DNA from: Isurus oxyrinchus
Taxonomy: Eukaryota
Assembly: GCA_026770705.1 (NCBI GenBank)
Contig: JANJGN010000026.1
Coordinates: 38,502,001 to 38,566,000 of the forward strand
DNA: 64,000 nucleotides
Reading direction: 5' to 3'
Within the stretch, counting starts at the first letter, position 1, and each line of letters begins with the position of its first letter. Below are positions 11,690 to 25,354 of the stretch, piece by piece. The notes beneath the pieces are model-generated. The model worked only from the letters and a program-made list of their open reading frames with translations. It was not told the DNA's origin and did no database searches. A program made the position numbers and the translations under genes.

Positions 11690-12480
11690 TAATTGAAGTT
11701 AGCTGGAAATGTAAGCAATGAGGAGGACGCTAAAATTTTGATAAGGAATACCGACAGACTACGTGGGTGGAAAAACCATACAAGATTGACCAATTGTGAA
11801 ATTATACACTTTGCAAGGGAAAATTTGAAGAAAAAAAAGGATATTGCAAATTGTGAGAGAGTGTTGGTAATCAATGGGAGGTGTGCACTTTGCAGGTCAC
11901 AGGAAGCTAACATGCTGCCACAGCAATAAATTAGGAAGCCAAATGGTGTGTTAGCCTTTCTTAACATTGGATGATAGTTCAAGAGTTAAGTCGTCTTTCT
12001 GCAATTGTATCGGGCCTTGGTGATATTGCCTAGAGTACTGTGGTACGGTTTTAATCTCCTTAGCGAAGGAAGGTTATACTAAGTCCTGGAGGGAAAGCGG
12101 CAAATGTTGACTGGATTGATTCCTGGCATGAGGTATTTGTTCCATGAGGGGAGGTTAATTCGACTGTGCGCATATTCAACGGAAATTCTTATGGGTATTG
12201 ATAGAATAGATGCTGGAGAATCTATAATTAAGGTTCACATTCCCAGAATAATTGATTGAACATTTAGGGCTGAGGTTTCTGCACCCAACTGAATGCTCAG
12301 TTTTTACATATATAAAATGTAAAGATCGATAGACTTTCGGATATAAAGAGAATTAAAGGATGTAGAAAAAGTGAAGGATTGTGGAATTGATATAGAAGAT
12401 CAGCCATGCACTTGTTGCTTCGTGGTGAAAATTCGAAGAATCCATAACCTCATCTATTCCTTTTTCTTAAGGTTTTATGT
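11690..12480 (+). mobile_element. CR1-type LINE fragment
   Basis: Degenerate RT region (TKL.G.V...D...LQ.D.DRL..W...KCE.IHF-like) and CR1 3' tail. Confidence 0.7.
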
Positions 12481-12979
12481 AGAACTGTCTCATTATTTCT
12501 CCATCAAATAGAAGACGTGATTTGGTGCAGTAATTAATGCTACAATGTCTCGTACAATATAAAAAGATACATGATGCAGTGCAACTGAAACAAACGGTCA
12601 CATACTCCAATGCAGTCATAACAGAAATAGATCCTCGTAGACTATGAACAGAAACTCCGTTTAGCTGCCACTAGGTGGCTACAGTTTGCCATAGCACCAG
12701 TCCAGATCTGCTTTATTACTGCTACACGTGCGTTTATTTCCAACACTGATCTGAAGTTTTCCATCTAACCATGGTGAAAATGGTGCTGAAAGGTATTGTT
12801 TGTCACGTTGTCAGGTCAACAAACACTGATTTTTTTTACCCCTTCACGTTCTGTGGGAGGTCAAAATGGATTTAAAGTGCAACTAATTGCATATGAACTT
12901 ATCTGATTTGAGCACAGAAATATCAGCGGTGGAGCGACGGGTCTCGCATCAGAGTAATGCATTTTTGATTATTTTGTTT

Positions 12980-13370
12980 GAAAAGTTTGAGGTGATACAC
13001 TTTGGAGGGAGTAATTTGACAAGAAATTATTTAATGAACAGCATAGCAATAGGAATTTCTGAGGAACAAACGGACCTTGACGTGTGTGTCGACATATCTC
13101 TAAGGCTGCGGGGTATGTTAGTGGGGTGGTGAAAAAAGCATATGGGACACTTGCCTTTATCAATCGAGGCATAGATTACAAAAGTAGGGAGGTCATGTGG
13201 ACTTGAATAGAACCTTGGTGAGGTCAGAGCTGGAGTACTGTGTGCAGTTCTGGTCGCCACATTATAGGAAGGATGTGATTGCACTGCACTGGGTGCAGAG
13301 GAGATTCCCCAGGGTGTTTTCTGGGATCACACATTTATGTTATGAAGAGAGGTTGGATAGTCTTGGGTTC
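12980..13370 (+). mobile_element. CR1-type LINE fragment
   Basis: ORF 13197-13433 reads RTLVRSELEYCVQFWSPHYRKDVIAL..VQRRF, a canonical CR1 RT C-terminus. Confidence 0.85.
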
Positions 13371-14229
13371 AGAATCACAGAATCACAGTGCAGAAGAGGC
13401 CCTTTGGCCCATCTAGTCTTCACCGACACGTGAGAAACATGTAACCTACCTACCTAATGCCATTTACCAGCACTTGGCCCATAGGCTTGAATGTTATGAT
13501 GTGCCAAGTGCACACCCAGCTACTTTTTAAAGGATGTGAGGCAACCCGCCTCCACCATCCTCCCAAGCAGTGCATTCTAGACCATCACCACCCGCTGGGT
13601 AAAGAGGTTTTTCTCACACAAGCCCCCCCCCCCGCCCCCCACAAACGTCCTGCCCCTCGCCTTGAACTTATATCGACGTTGATCCATGCAAAATCAACAT
13701 CTGTGAGGCATTTTAAGGCTAGTTAAAAACTTTTCCTGTTTATTGAGTGGGTTTCACTCTGGACAATATATAAGTGCTGTTAAAATCTGTACTACCGCTG
13801 CCCTCTGCTTATGGCTGCGAATGTGTTGTTTGTTTAAAATTAATTCACAAGGTGTAGCTTCCGTTGGCAGGGCCAACGATTATTGTCCATCCCTAATTCC
13901 CCTTCCGACGACTCAGTGGCATGCTGGGCATTTCTTAGGGCAGTCAATAGTGAACCATATATCTGTGAGTGCGCAGTCACATAAACACCAGACAAGGTAT
14001 GGCTCGGAAAGTTCTTTCACAGAAAGGTGGTTGGCGTTCACGACTAACCAATGGTTTCATGGGCACAGTTAGCAATCATGATCCTTTTTTACATTCGGAT
14101 ATACTTGCTTTACTTAATTTGAATTTCCAGGTGGCGATATATATCCTCATGCTTCTGGACCATTCGCCCAGCATCTTAATGCCTTGTCCAGTAACATAAG
14201 CACTATGACGGGACTGTGATTATTCAACC

Positions 14230-14620
14230 ACGTGGTTCAATGGTAATATCACGTCACTGAGTTAGGTGATCATGGGTTAAAGGCCCAATCCCGAGAATTG
14301 AGTTCAAAATCTCTCGCTCAATACCGAAGGAGTGTTGAACTGTGGAAATTTTGTTTTCCACATATATCATCAAATACTATGTCTGCCCACTCAGGTGGAT
14401 TTAAAATATCTATTGCACTATTTCGAAGAAGAGCAGGGCTGTTCTTGCTGGCATCTCCCTCAGTGATTGTCTCTTGTGCAACATTGCTATAAAGAAAACA
14501 TCATCCAGACATTACCACGTTGCTTTTTGTGGGGTGTCGTTGAGGGTAATTGGTTCTGTGCTTCTTACAGCAGTGTCTACAATTCGGTGGCTGTACGGAT
14601 CTCTCGTACGTGAAGAGCTG
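14230..14620 (+). mobile_element. tRNA-derived SINE (Deu-domain/SacSINE-like); related copy at ~42740-43060
   Basis: tRNA-like head followed by a ctcaggtgga...gcactatttcgaagaagagcaggg core shared with the 42.9 kb copy. Confidence 0.5.
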
Positions 14621-14729
14621 GAAAAATTGCTATATCTGCAGTTTCTAATTGTTGTTTCACATGTTATCACACACAGTAAAGGCTGTACGACTTTGGTGCA
14701 TTACAACTCTTGCTCCTTTCCCTATCAAA

Positions 14730-15847
14730 AACAAAAATAAAAATACCTGGAAAAACTCAGCAGGTCTGACAGCATCTGCGGAGAGGAACACAGTTAACGT
14801 TGCGAGTCCGTATGAGTCTTCAACAGAACTAAGGAAAAATAGAAGAGAAGTGTAATATAAGGTGGTTTGGGGGGGGGGGGGGGAGGGGGTTGCAGTGCGA
14901 CAGTTAGAGCTGGAGTGAGGGCTAGTGATAGGTGGAGATTGTCAAAAGATGTCAGAGACAGAAGGACAAAGAGGTGTTGATGGTGGTGATATCTGCAAAG
15001 CAATGTGCTAATAGGTGACATTAAGGGTAGAAAGCAGGACAATAGTAGGGGTGGGCAGGAGGAAGGGGTCGAAATAGGCTGAAAGGTAGAGATTAAACAA
15101 TGGATGGAAATACATTTAAAAATAATGGAAATAGGTGGGTAAAGAAAAATGTTTGTAAATTATTGGAAAAAATGGGGATTGGAAAGAAGGTGGGGATGGA
15201 GGAGAGAGTTCATGATCTAAAGTTGTTGAACTCAATATTAAGTCCGGAAGGCTGTAAAGTGCCTAGTCGGAAGATGAGGTGCTGTTCCACAAACTTCACA
15301 GCATCTTCAGATTAAGCACTTTATAGCCTTCCAGATTGAATATTGAATTCAACAACTTTAGACCATGAACTTGCTCTTCCATCCCCACTCCCTTTCTGAT
15401 CCCCCTTTTTTCCAATAATTTATATAGATTGTTCTTTTCCCACCTATTTCCATTATTTTTAAATGAATTTCCAGCCATTGTTTTATCTCTACCTTTTAGC
15501 CTACTTCCCTTCCCCTCACCCCACCCCCACTCGGGCTATCTGTACAGTGCTCATCCTGTTTTCTACCCTTAATGTCACCATTAGCACGTCTCTTAGCTAA
15601 TATCACCACCGTCAACACCTCTTTCTCCTTTTGCCTATGACATCTCTTGGCAGTCTCCAACTATCACAGGCCTTCTATCAAGCTCTACTATCTGCCCCCG
15701 CCCCCCTAAACATGTTTATATTTCTTCTCTCTTCTATTTTTCCTTAGTTCTGTTGAAGAGTCATAAGACTCGAAAAGTTAACTGTATTCTTCCTCGCAGA
15801 TGCTGTCAGACCTGTTGAGTTTTTCCAGGTATTTTTATTTTTGTTTT
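14730..15847. mobile_element. Large imperfect palindrome of two inverted Penelope-like element ends
   Basis: Arm 14730-15290 is the reverse complement of arm 15300-15847 (parallel ORFs 15100-15315 + and 15296-15478 -). The termini ctggaaaaactcagcaggtctgacagcatctg also occur at 9140-9320, 11100-11260 and 41600-41690. Confidence 0.7.
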
Positions 15848-16739
15848 TGATTTGGATTTCCAGCATCCGCAGATCTTTGCTTTTACCTTTTTGCTCCCTT
15901 CGCTATCTCCCTCCTCAGTGTAGTTGGGTGGGAGTACGAAATTCTTTCCTGGTCCTGTTCAACATCTGTTTTTTATCGGAAATTTGAAACTCTTCCAAGT
16001 GCAGCAAAGCATTGAGCCCGTCCCCGGTGCAGAATCTCAGATCGCCATGAATATAGAATCAGCACCCATGCACTGTCAGGCGGACAACCATTAGGGCATT
16101 AGAATAACTACTTTTACAGTCTTTGTAACGATGTTTAAAATCTGTCTCCATACTTCAATCTCCACACGGAGGCGATTAATCCACTTCCTATAAATAGGTT
16201 GGCCGTGACTTTACAACAAAGGAAAAAAACATCCCGACGCTAATGCATCAAGTCACTCAGAAGTCAGAATCCCGCCGTGGAATTTCTGCGCCCTGATTTC
16301 ACCACCTCCTTCCTCTCCATGTGCAAAGTAGTTTCGCTGAAGCCACTTGGGGGCCGTTTTTCTTCCTGTTGGATTCAGAGCAGCATATTCTGTCCGCGCT
16401 CCTATTGGACGAAAGAGAAATTGTGGCTCACAGAACCAGGTAGGCAACCCAACACTCAGATATTAGTTTCCAAACATTAGAAACATTAGGGCCGAATGCA
16501 GTTCGGGTCCAGATTGCCTTCTCGAAATTTTCAAAGTCTGTGGAGCATTAGATTCGGAAAGAAGAAAATGTCAAAGGATTTCGGAGCTTCCGTTATAATT
16601 TTTTCTCTGAAACTAGGTGAGTGGTGTAAGCCCCATTAAAACACAAGTTTGATAAAATTGACATGCATCTGATGAGTGAGGGTATGTGGTGCGAACACAA
16701 GGAGAGCTGTGGTGAGACAAAGGGAATAACAAGTTATGT

Positions 16740-16850
16740 AGGACGGACGGATGGATGGACGGAAGGATGGACGGACAGATAGATGGCAGGACGGATGGAT
16801 GGGCTGATGCATGAATGGATGGTTGGGTGTGCGGAGGGATGGAGCGAGGC
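16740..16850. repeat. (GGAT/GGAC)n microsatellite
   Basis: Direct inspection. Confidence 0.8.
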
Positions 16851-17009
16851 AAAAGTGAATGAGGGATCGGTATTCGGATAGATTTAATTGATTATTCGTT
16901 TGGATGTGGATGGAATTTGCAAGCGCATTCCTTAAACTTCAATACACGGGCCAGTGATTTTCCACAATAATTATAAGAAAACCATAATCCAGTGAACATA
17001 ACAATGTAA

Positions 17010-17900
17010 TACTCTGGTATATTTAGCTCAGACTTTGCAGATGACATGAGATGTTTATAATAAACAATGAAGCAGACGGTAACAAACCTCAGAAGGGATG
17101 TGGACATTTCAATTTGCCAGTCACATACCAGATGGAATTTAACCTGGAGAAGTGTGAAGCGATGCATTTTGGTGGGAAGAATGAGGGTATCTGATATAAA
17201 CTAAATGATGCACTTTGATCGACGCCGTAGGAACAGAGACATGGATACAGTGCAATGTGCAGAAACTTTTAAAGTTAGCAGTGAATGCTGAGACTTCGGT
17301 AAAGAACCTTTTAGATTCTTGGTTTCATTAATAGGAATAAGATGCTATGCTAAACATTTCTACAAAGCTGGGGCGCCCTCAGTTGTGTACTAATATGCGA
17401 ACCACACCTGATGGATAATTTGAGGGTCTTGGAGAAGATGCGGGAGAGATTTATGAGGAAGGTAAGAATGAAGAGGGGCTTTAGCTTTGTGGAGATACGG
17501 AGAATCTGCAGCTGTTCTGTGTAGAACAGAAGCCTGGGAGGAGATTTGATGGAGATATTAACAACTATGAGCTGTTTTGGTTGAATAAATAAGGCAAGTT
17601 GTATCCAGCGGCGGAACGCTGATAATCAGAGGACTTGGATTGAAATTAATTTGCAAAAGAATCAGAGGCATCCCGAGCAGCCATTTATTTACAATGTGTG
17701 TTGCTGTGTTGCAGAATGCGCTGCCTGAAACGATGGTGGAAGCAGATTCAATATCAACTATCAAAAAATAATTGGGTATCTACTTGAAATGGGAACTTTA
17801 GCTAGGCAAAGCTCGCGGGACAAACAGTGGAGTGGGAACAATTTGTTGTCTCTGCCAAAGAGGCTACAAAGACACGATATGCTCAATGGCCTCATTCCAT
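17010..17900 (+). mobile_element. Degenerate CR1-type LINE fragment
   Basis: Remnants of MEFNLEKCE.MHFG.KN and downstream CR1 3' motifs. Confidence 0.65.
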
Positions 17901-17985
17901 AGTGCGATGAAGGAAGGGAACGTGTATTCATTGATGTCTCCAGTACTTAAGGCCCATTTGTTTTCTGTTCATTTACTATTCGAAG

Positions 17986-18332
17986 GTCTGTGCTATTCAA
18001 ATATAGTTAAGCAACCTGCATCTTCAGTGTCATGTTTGGAGAAAGAACGCATGGTGTTGCCCTATTCATACTCCACAGACAGCCACTGATATCATCTGCT
18101 CTGGTACCGACAAGAAAGGGCAGAGGCGCCGGAACTTTTAGTCAAAATGAATTCGGAGGAACAAGGGTAGGAAGCAGAACGTCCAGGAGGCCGGATCTCG
18201 TCAAAACTCCGAGCATTTGCTCGTTTTTTCAATTTAACCCTGACAGATGTGCAGCCGAGTGACAGTGGGATGTTTTATTGTGTGCTGAATATTCACGTTG
18301 ATACAAACTGAAACAAGCCCCGTACGGAAACT
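17986..18332 (+). pseudogene. TRAV/TRDV-like V pseudogene with 23-RSS (18294-18332)
   Basis: GLCYSNIVKQPASSVSCLEKERMVLPYSYSTDSH*YHLLWYRQERAEAPELLVKM...*...FFNLTLTDVQPSDSGMFYCVLNI, then CACGTTG-23-ACGGAAACT. Two stops and Cys23 lost. Confidence 0.85.
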
Positions 18333-18727
18333 ATCGCCGGATTGCAATATAACCTGAATAGTGGGAGTTAATTTTGTGAACGCTGAATCTTCACCTCTGG
18401 CAGCACCAGAATTAGATACCGACTCCTTCCGGCTGTAAATTTGCATCCGGAGTTAAAAAGGTTAATTGACAGAAAGTCAAGTTTGCGAACATTTCGGATT
18501 CGGAACAAAAACGGGAGAATTTTAACTTTCGATTGGAAACAAAGAGGGAACAGCCTGCGACAGGGAAAGCGAAAGCCAAGGAAAAGAGGAAATAAAGAGA
18601 GGGAGTGAGAGAGAGAGAGAGAGGGAGAGAGAGAGAAAGGGAGGAAAATATGCCGAGGTGTTGGGAAAGATACAGAGGAAGAAAACAAGGGTTGACGCAG
18701 GGAATAGAAAGAGTGTGTGTCCGTCTG

Positions 18728-18901
18728 NNNNNNNNNNNNNNNNNNNNNNNNNNNNNNNNNNNNNNNNNNNNNNNNNNNNNNNNNNNNNNNNNNNNNNNNN
18801 NNNNNNNNNNNNNNNNNNNNNNNNNNNNNNNNNNNNNNNNNNNNNNNNNNNNNNNNNNNNNNNNNNNNNNNNNNNNNNNNNNNNNNNNNNNNNNNNNNNN
18901 N
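18728..18901. other. Assembly gap (N run)
   Basis: N bases. Confidence 1.
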
Positions 18902-20999
18902 GACAAAGACAGAAATTTAGAAAAAGGACAAGAATGCGATTGACAAAGAGGGACATGTGCAGGCGGGGGCAGGGGCAGTAAGATATAAAGACAGAGGAAA
19001 ACAGAGACAGTCAAAGAGAGAGAACCCACTGCCCATTCTATAAAATCCTCCGGTTCAATTTCTGATTTCCAGCAAATCGTGTTTTAATTTTGTCCCATTG
19101 TGTGATTTCAATGTGACTAAATTCTGTTCGATTGATCAAGGCACATCGAGCTCTCGGCGACCGCAATGCAGAAACCGCTCGTTTAACTGTTCAGCGTGGA
19201 ATTGGGAAACTGAACAGTGGAAACTGTTAACAGCTGCACATCCCTCAGGCACTGAGGTTAGAAGTTTAGAAAAGTGTAGTTGTTACGAGCGGCAGTCTCT
19301 AGCATTCCCATTCACCTCCTTTTATTTATTAGGTGTTTTTAATGAACTGAAAGGAAATTAAGAGATGTAATACAGAAATAGGAGTTCAAACACCCGCCCA
19401 TTTTACGACATTGTTTTTTTAAACACTACAGTATATAATGTTTTTAATTCCAATTGTCTTCAACTGTCCCCAATTAAACACGAATTGTCTTCAAGCATCA
19501 ATAACTGCCTTTCCAAAATCGTCTTTCAAACTCCTCAACTCATCTGCCATTGTCACACACTGTGTCAAAATTTCTTTATGTTTAAATAAATTGCTCGGTC
19601 AGTCAAACATTCTATTTTTCTGTGAATCTGACTCTCCCCCATTCTGTATGTCTCTCCATTGGACAAATTCTACCGCTGCATTTGGAAACATAATATTTCT
19701 GGATAGGAATAGAAGGAGGCCATTCGAGCCTGCTCGGCATTTATTAAGAGAATTGTCGGTCTGTCCATCAACTTCATTACCTTACCTCCATTTCCGTAGG
19801 AACAGCACTGGTAAACAAAGTCTGAGGAATGGACTTCAAACACACGTGAGCATTCGTTTGTTCAATTTTGTCTCTATTGCCTCAATCACTCGACCATCCC
19901 GCTTCACTGGAATTACCTGCCTTTCGTTCAATCAACCTGATGGTTGGTTGGTTTCCGTCAAAAATTTATCCATCCCTATCCTTGCCTGAAAGCATTATTA
20001 TGTTATGGTCAGCAATGCCTAGATGTTCCCCTGGCTTTATTCCCTTCCTGATTTGTTTCATTCCCCGTTATTTTGCTGTTCTTTTTCTTTTGCATTTTGC
20101 TTTAGAAAGACATCCAGTGCACATTCTGGGAACTCCATTCCCTTAGCGCCTTTACATACTTCTCCCAGGGAAGTAATAGTAGATAGTGCAAGCCCCATTA
20201 TTATTACTCTGTTTGTTACTAAATTCCTTAATTTGTCTGTCGATTACATTCTTCAACTCCCTTCAAGACACAGATCAATTCAGAGATGGAGATGTGGAAA
20301 TAAAGAGCTACAGAGTGACGCAGAGACACACAAAGAGAGTGAGAAAATTCCAGTGAGAGAGAGTCCTGTTAGTGGGATTTAATGTAACAGTTAACACTGC
20401 AATCAGTGTAACGAATTGAATCCCATCTTCTGACTCTAATTCGCATTCTGTCTCTCAAAAGCAAACAAGAAAGGAAAACATATATTTGTATAGCGCCTTT
20501 CATGAAATCTGAACTTTACCAAGCACTTTAGAGCCAAAGAAGGCTTTGGACCGTATTCACTTCCTTTATATGGGAAACTTGGCAGGCAATTTACGTACGT
20601 CAAGCTCCCACAAACAGCAAGGTGATAACTAAGGAATATTCTAATGACCCAATTTACAGTGATGTTGATTAGGTGCGGTGGGGGAGGGGGTGTGGGTGGT
20701 GGTTGGAGGGGGCAATTAAAATTGACATATATCATGCAACCTGTCAGTCTGTCATTGAAGCTGCCATTTCCAATCTTGCATCGCAGAGGTTTAAATTCCT
20801 GTACATTTTTTCTGGCGGCTGCCTCACGTAACTCCACTGCTCACATGGACAGTGGGCTGTATCCCATAACATATGGTTCAGGATTTATGTAGTTCTTGCT
20901 GATGGTATGAAGCTCTATTGCTGGTATGCTTTTTATTTTGATAACATGTTGTCTTTCATCTGTTTGACACCGATATTCATTTTCATTAACCCACTGAAG

Positions 21000-22269
21000 A
21001 AATGGGGCCCGTGGTTCAGGATTCACCGTACATCATGGTGAGTTACGGAGGCAGTGTGACCTTGAACTGCAATTATTCCACACCACACCTTCATCCTTCA
21101 CTTCTCTGGTATATTCAATACCCCGAGAGAAAACCTCAATATATATTGGAAAAAAAGCGAGTTCGGAAAAAACAATGCGACACAAAACCATAACAATCTT
21201 TATCATGTTTTTGTGATTTATTTGTAAAGTAGGTTTATGGGGTGGGTGTGTACGATTCTGTCTGTGTGATTTAGTTAATTTTGAGTCAGATAGACTGCAA
21301 GCTTGAAATTGTCAAAAGGAGTTAGGAGTAGAGGGGTGCTTGAAATGTTAAGGAGTAAACATGGACGAGATCTTAGCACATAAGTTGTGAAGGAAACTTG
21401 CATTTTAGACAAGTGGAGTGGTTTGGATTTCAAAGGAATGGTCGGATGTTTACAACTGGCAAGATAACCAAGGCATGCACTGTGTTTACTTTTCCCAAAA
21501 AGAAAGAGGTCATTTTGGAAACATGAAATATTTTACATTATGGGGAAAATATATTTGCAAATGCATATGGAACAATAGAATTTACAGATCAAAGAGAGAG
21601 AAACATATATAAAGGGGAATGAATGGGGGGCGGGATGTATGTATGATCTAACAGGAGTGTGTGAAACAGCCTTAGGGAAGCCTCCAGCCATGTTAGCAAA
21701 AGTATGCTGTGTACAGTAACTAAAGTTGGGCAAACGCCTTTGGAATTCTACTGGCGAGCAGGTGCTGTGGTAACATTGCTGGCTTGTTTTCTATCATTTA
21801 AAATCTATTTTGGGCTCCAGCTCTAAGTGCGTGTGTAGTTGGAAGGCAAGTTAATTAGGAAGTTTGAGATTTGGTATCGTATTAAGTGACTCTAATCTTA
21901 TGCATTCGCTTGAAATGTTTTCTTTTGTAAATTCATGCTTAAATATAGTATTTTTTTAAATCTATAAATGTGCTAGTGGACTCATTACTTCACAATTCAG
22001 TGCACAAAACGTCTTTTAATAAGAAAAATTGCAAAATCATTGTGGTAGCGTGGCCAAGTTTCCCTCGTGCATTTGGTCTGCCAGGCACACATCACCTGCC
22101 ACGTCATAACAAACACCTTTGGGAACTATCTGTTGTATGCTACATTACATAAAGCTGCAAGAATGGTCCATTTAACCATTGACTAGGCGAAGTTGTCTGA
22201 CAACGGTCTGTGTAGCTATGCTCTAGGAAACACAACATCAACTGACCACGAGAGACCCGGACAATAAGC
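21000..22269 (+). pseudogene. TRAV-like V pseudogene split by a ~0.9-kb insertion; RSS 22231-22269
   Basis: The 5' half reads MGPVVQDSPYIMVSYGGSVTLNCNYSTPHLHPSLLWYIQYPERKPQYIL. The 3' half after 22111 reads LYATLHKAARMVHLTID*AKLSDNGLCSYALG, then CACAACA-23-ACAATAAGC. A degraded leader with GTATGC donor lies near 20887-20923. Confidence 0.75.
21197..22111 (+). mobile_element. Probable solo LTR inserted in the V exon
   Basis: Ends in ...GTCATAACA, interrupts a V frame, and has a possible aaca(a/c) target duplication. The left terminus is degenerate. Confidence 0.45.
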
Positions 22270-22609
22270 TTTCCTTTCTTTCCAATGTGACATCCTGACT
22301 CCAAACAACAGGCAATTGTTTGGAACCCCCAAACACCAGCGCCTCCGCACCTGCCTCCCCGCTCCACACACACACACCCCACACCCAGCCGCACCCCCCC
22401 CCCACCACCCCCCGCAAGTTAAGTGATGCAAATTCTGTTAAAAGCACTCATCGGTTATTTATATTTGTTTCAGCATCTTGCCAATTAGTCTTTCTACACC
22501 TCTCTTGGTTCTTACTGCTCATTTCGTTCTGTGTGACTTCCTGCATGCCTGTCTGTCATTCTCTCTCTCTCTCCGCAATAACAATTTAACGAGCCTCAAG
22601 ACCCAGAAA

Positions 22610-23870
22610 CTCCGCAATAATCGTGGAATTTGATTTGCTTCAGCTGCTCATGTAATTGGCTTTTGAAAGGCATGTGCCTTTTCCACCCCCTTGTCTGATT
22701 GTGGCCTCAACGTCACTTTCCTGTCTGCCTCCTATAACCTTTGACCCTCTTGTAGATCAAAAACATTTCCAACTCAGGCTTGAATACGTACAATAATACA
22801 GCCTCTACTCCTCGCTGCGCAGGAAACTATAAAAAAAACGCCTCTGAGAGAGGAGATTTCTGCACAACTCTGTTAAATTGGAGACTTCTAATTTTGACTT
22901 GTGCCCACGGTTCCCGCTTCCCCGATCTCAACATTTATTATCTGAACCCCGCTTAGTACTGCATTTGCTTCCAAAATATCACCTCTCACTCTTCTAAACT
23001 CTAATGTGTATAGGCTCAACCATGTCAACTTTTCATCGGAAGTCAACTCTTTGATCCCAGGAACAACCCTATTGAATCTTATCTGAACAGCCTCCATGCA
23101 GGTATAATCTTCCTTGAATAATGACACCAAAAATGTACAAGGTACCTTCAATGTGGTCTCATCAACTCCCTGTGCAATTGCAATATTCTACAACAACCTC
23201 TCCCTTGCTCACATTTTGTGACTTGTGTACGAGAACACCCAGATACCTCTGTACTGTGTCAGTCTGTAGTTTCTTGCCAGACATTCCGATTTTCTATTCA
23301 TACAACCAATGTGGACAACTTCACTTTTACACATATTTGGCTAACGGTTAAGGTAGACAGTGATGTTTCCCAACGTTCAGTACTAAGGCCAGGGCCTTGT
23401 TATACGGAAATTTCATTGTATTGCATTACTGAGTAAAATTTCCAAATTGGCCATTGCTACCAAATTTTGAAATGTGTCACAATTGACAATGATACAATAG
23501 GTTAGGTTAGCAATGGTTGGCAGACAAGTAAGAGGGGAATTAAATGTGAAACATCTTAGTAGAAGGGTTAGGGAGAGGCAATATATACTAAATTGAAGAG
23601 TTCACAGGAACAGCGGGTCCTCCGGAGTCATATGGATAGATATTTGATTGTGGCAGGATATATCCAGAGAGGAGTTAGAAAGGCACAGTCGATCTTGGGC
23701 TTTCTTAATAAAGGCATTGAATGCAAAAGTCAGAAAATATGCTGAACCTTTACATAGATTTGCTTGGGCCACAACTAGAGCATTGCGCCCAGTTCAGTTC
23801 ATCACACTTTAGGAAGAATGTGAAGTTCCTGGAGATAGTGCAGGGAAGAATGATCAGAATGATTCCAGAT
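22610..23870. mobile_element. Two CR1-type LINE fragments (22610-23330 on -, 23340-23870 on +)
   Basis: ORFs read EAVQIRFNRVVPGIKEL...LYTLEFRRVRGDILE (-) and MLNLYIDLLGPQLEHCAQF.S.HFRK (+). Confidence 0.75.
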
Positions 23871-25354
23871 TATGATTTCGAGCTCCACCATTCCTCTAAT
23901 TTTAAAAGGAAATTTTATGGTGGTTGACAAAAATAAACACACAGAGCTAATGGGATAGAGCGGATATATGGTAATGATAGATTGATGGATAGGCCAGGAC
24001 ATGAGGTTGCAGATTGTGCTGGAATGCAATTCTGCTGCTCTTGAGGGCTCAAAGGTGCTTGAAGAAACCCAGTTTTTTTTTGTAAGGTTGGGGGGAGGGG
24101 GGGGGGGGGGCGGGTAGTGAAGACGTCTTAATGAAACAAACTATTCTCCTCTCCAGGGCCAGGTTTCAGCAATGTTAGGGTTATATTTGAGGAGTGATCA
24201 ATGTTTACAAATCATGTTTGTTCAATTCGGTGAGCAGAAACTCCCAGTATCTAAAACCCCTTAATTGGCGTAAAACAGGTGACATGAAATAAATTGTGCC
24301 TCTTATTGCGTCTGTTGTCAAGATTTCAAGATACCCTACGGTAGTCAGTGTCGGTTAGACAGTGTCAACACATAATCAGGCATTTCGGGAAGCACGGCAA
24401 GAGCTTGGAATAGTCGGGAAGGCAGAATGCCAATGGAGAATTTCCTTCTTGAAGGCTTAACATTGTTGTGTAAATGATTCCTCACAACTGTTAGCACATT
24501 TGTTTGAAATACTTGAATGACCCATGTAAATATAAATCGCCGAGTAATGTAGTGCACTTTTAGGAGTTCACTTGTGAACTTTACCGACCTGCAAATCTAC
24601 CAGGACACTTTACACTATCCTTCAGTATCCGCAGGAAGGAACTGGGACAGAACTGCCCTGTACCAGGGAGTCAAGGTGAAAATTCAGTGGAATGGGCCTC
24701 TAGTCTCAGAGTTTCGAAGCATGATAAGCAATCTCACTGAAAGTTTTCAATTTGTTTGGGAAATTGACAAGCAGACATCGAGAAGCTGTTTCTCCATCCA
24801 GATAGTGTGAAAACAAGGGTCATAGTTTCACGGTAAGAAATGCGGGACTTGGATGATGAGGAAGTTATGCATTCAAGGAGTTGCCAATTTTTGGAATTCT
24901 CGGTGCTAGCGGTTTGTGGGCATTCAGTAACTGAGCATATTCAGGGTTGAGAATGATAGATTTTGGGGCACTAATGGAATCAGTGGATAAAAGGACGGAG
25001 CAGAATCCTGACTTTGATATAGAGGTTCAGTCACGATCGTATTAAATGAAGGGCAGGCTGGAGGAATTGCATGGCCCTCCCTACTCCTATTTCTTATGTC
25101 CCTAAGAAGAAATCTCTAAAGGTGGGCGGGACAGGATTGGAGGGAGTGGTTACACAAACCTAGCAATTTGAACCGGTTGTCGATTTTACATCAGCTACGA
25201 TTTTCCTCACTTCACACATCAGTGAAACAGGATACAAACCGATGGCAGGTTGTTTAGAGCGCGTTATACATCGCTTTCCCAGATCATTTTCACCCCACAT
25301 GTCAGGGGCGAAAAATGAAGAGATAAAAATATACATTTTGGCTAGTAATCGAAA

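Noticed and set aside
16377-16440. Possible leader exon (ends CCAG|GTAGG) for the V at 17986
   Set aside because: No in-frame ATG and not convincingly hydrophobic.
18412-19029. Long ORFs here and at 42967-43512
   Set aside because: They span N gaps and simple repeats.
19438-19989. 183-aa ORF
   Set aside because: No recognisable domain or splice context; it overlaps a LINE-tail fragment.
24345-24810. WYR-containing frame on the minus strand suggesting a V remnant
   Set aside because: No cysteines, FR3 motif or RSS could be placed.
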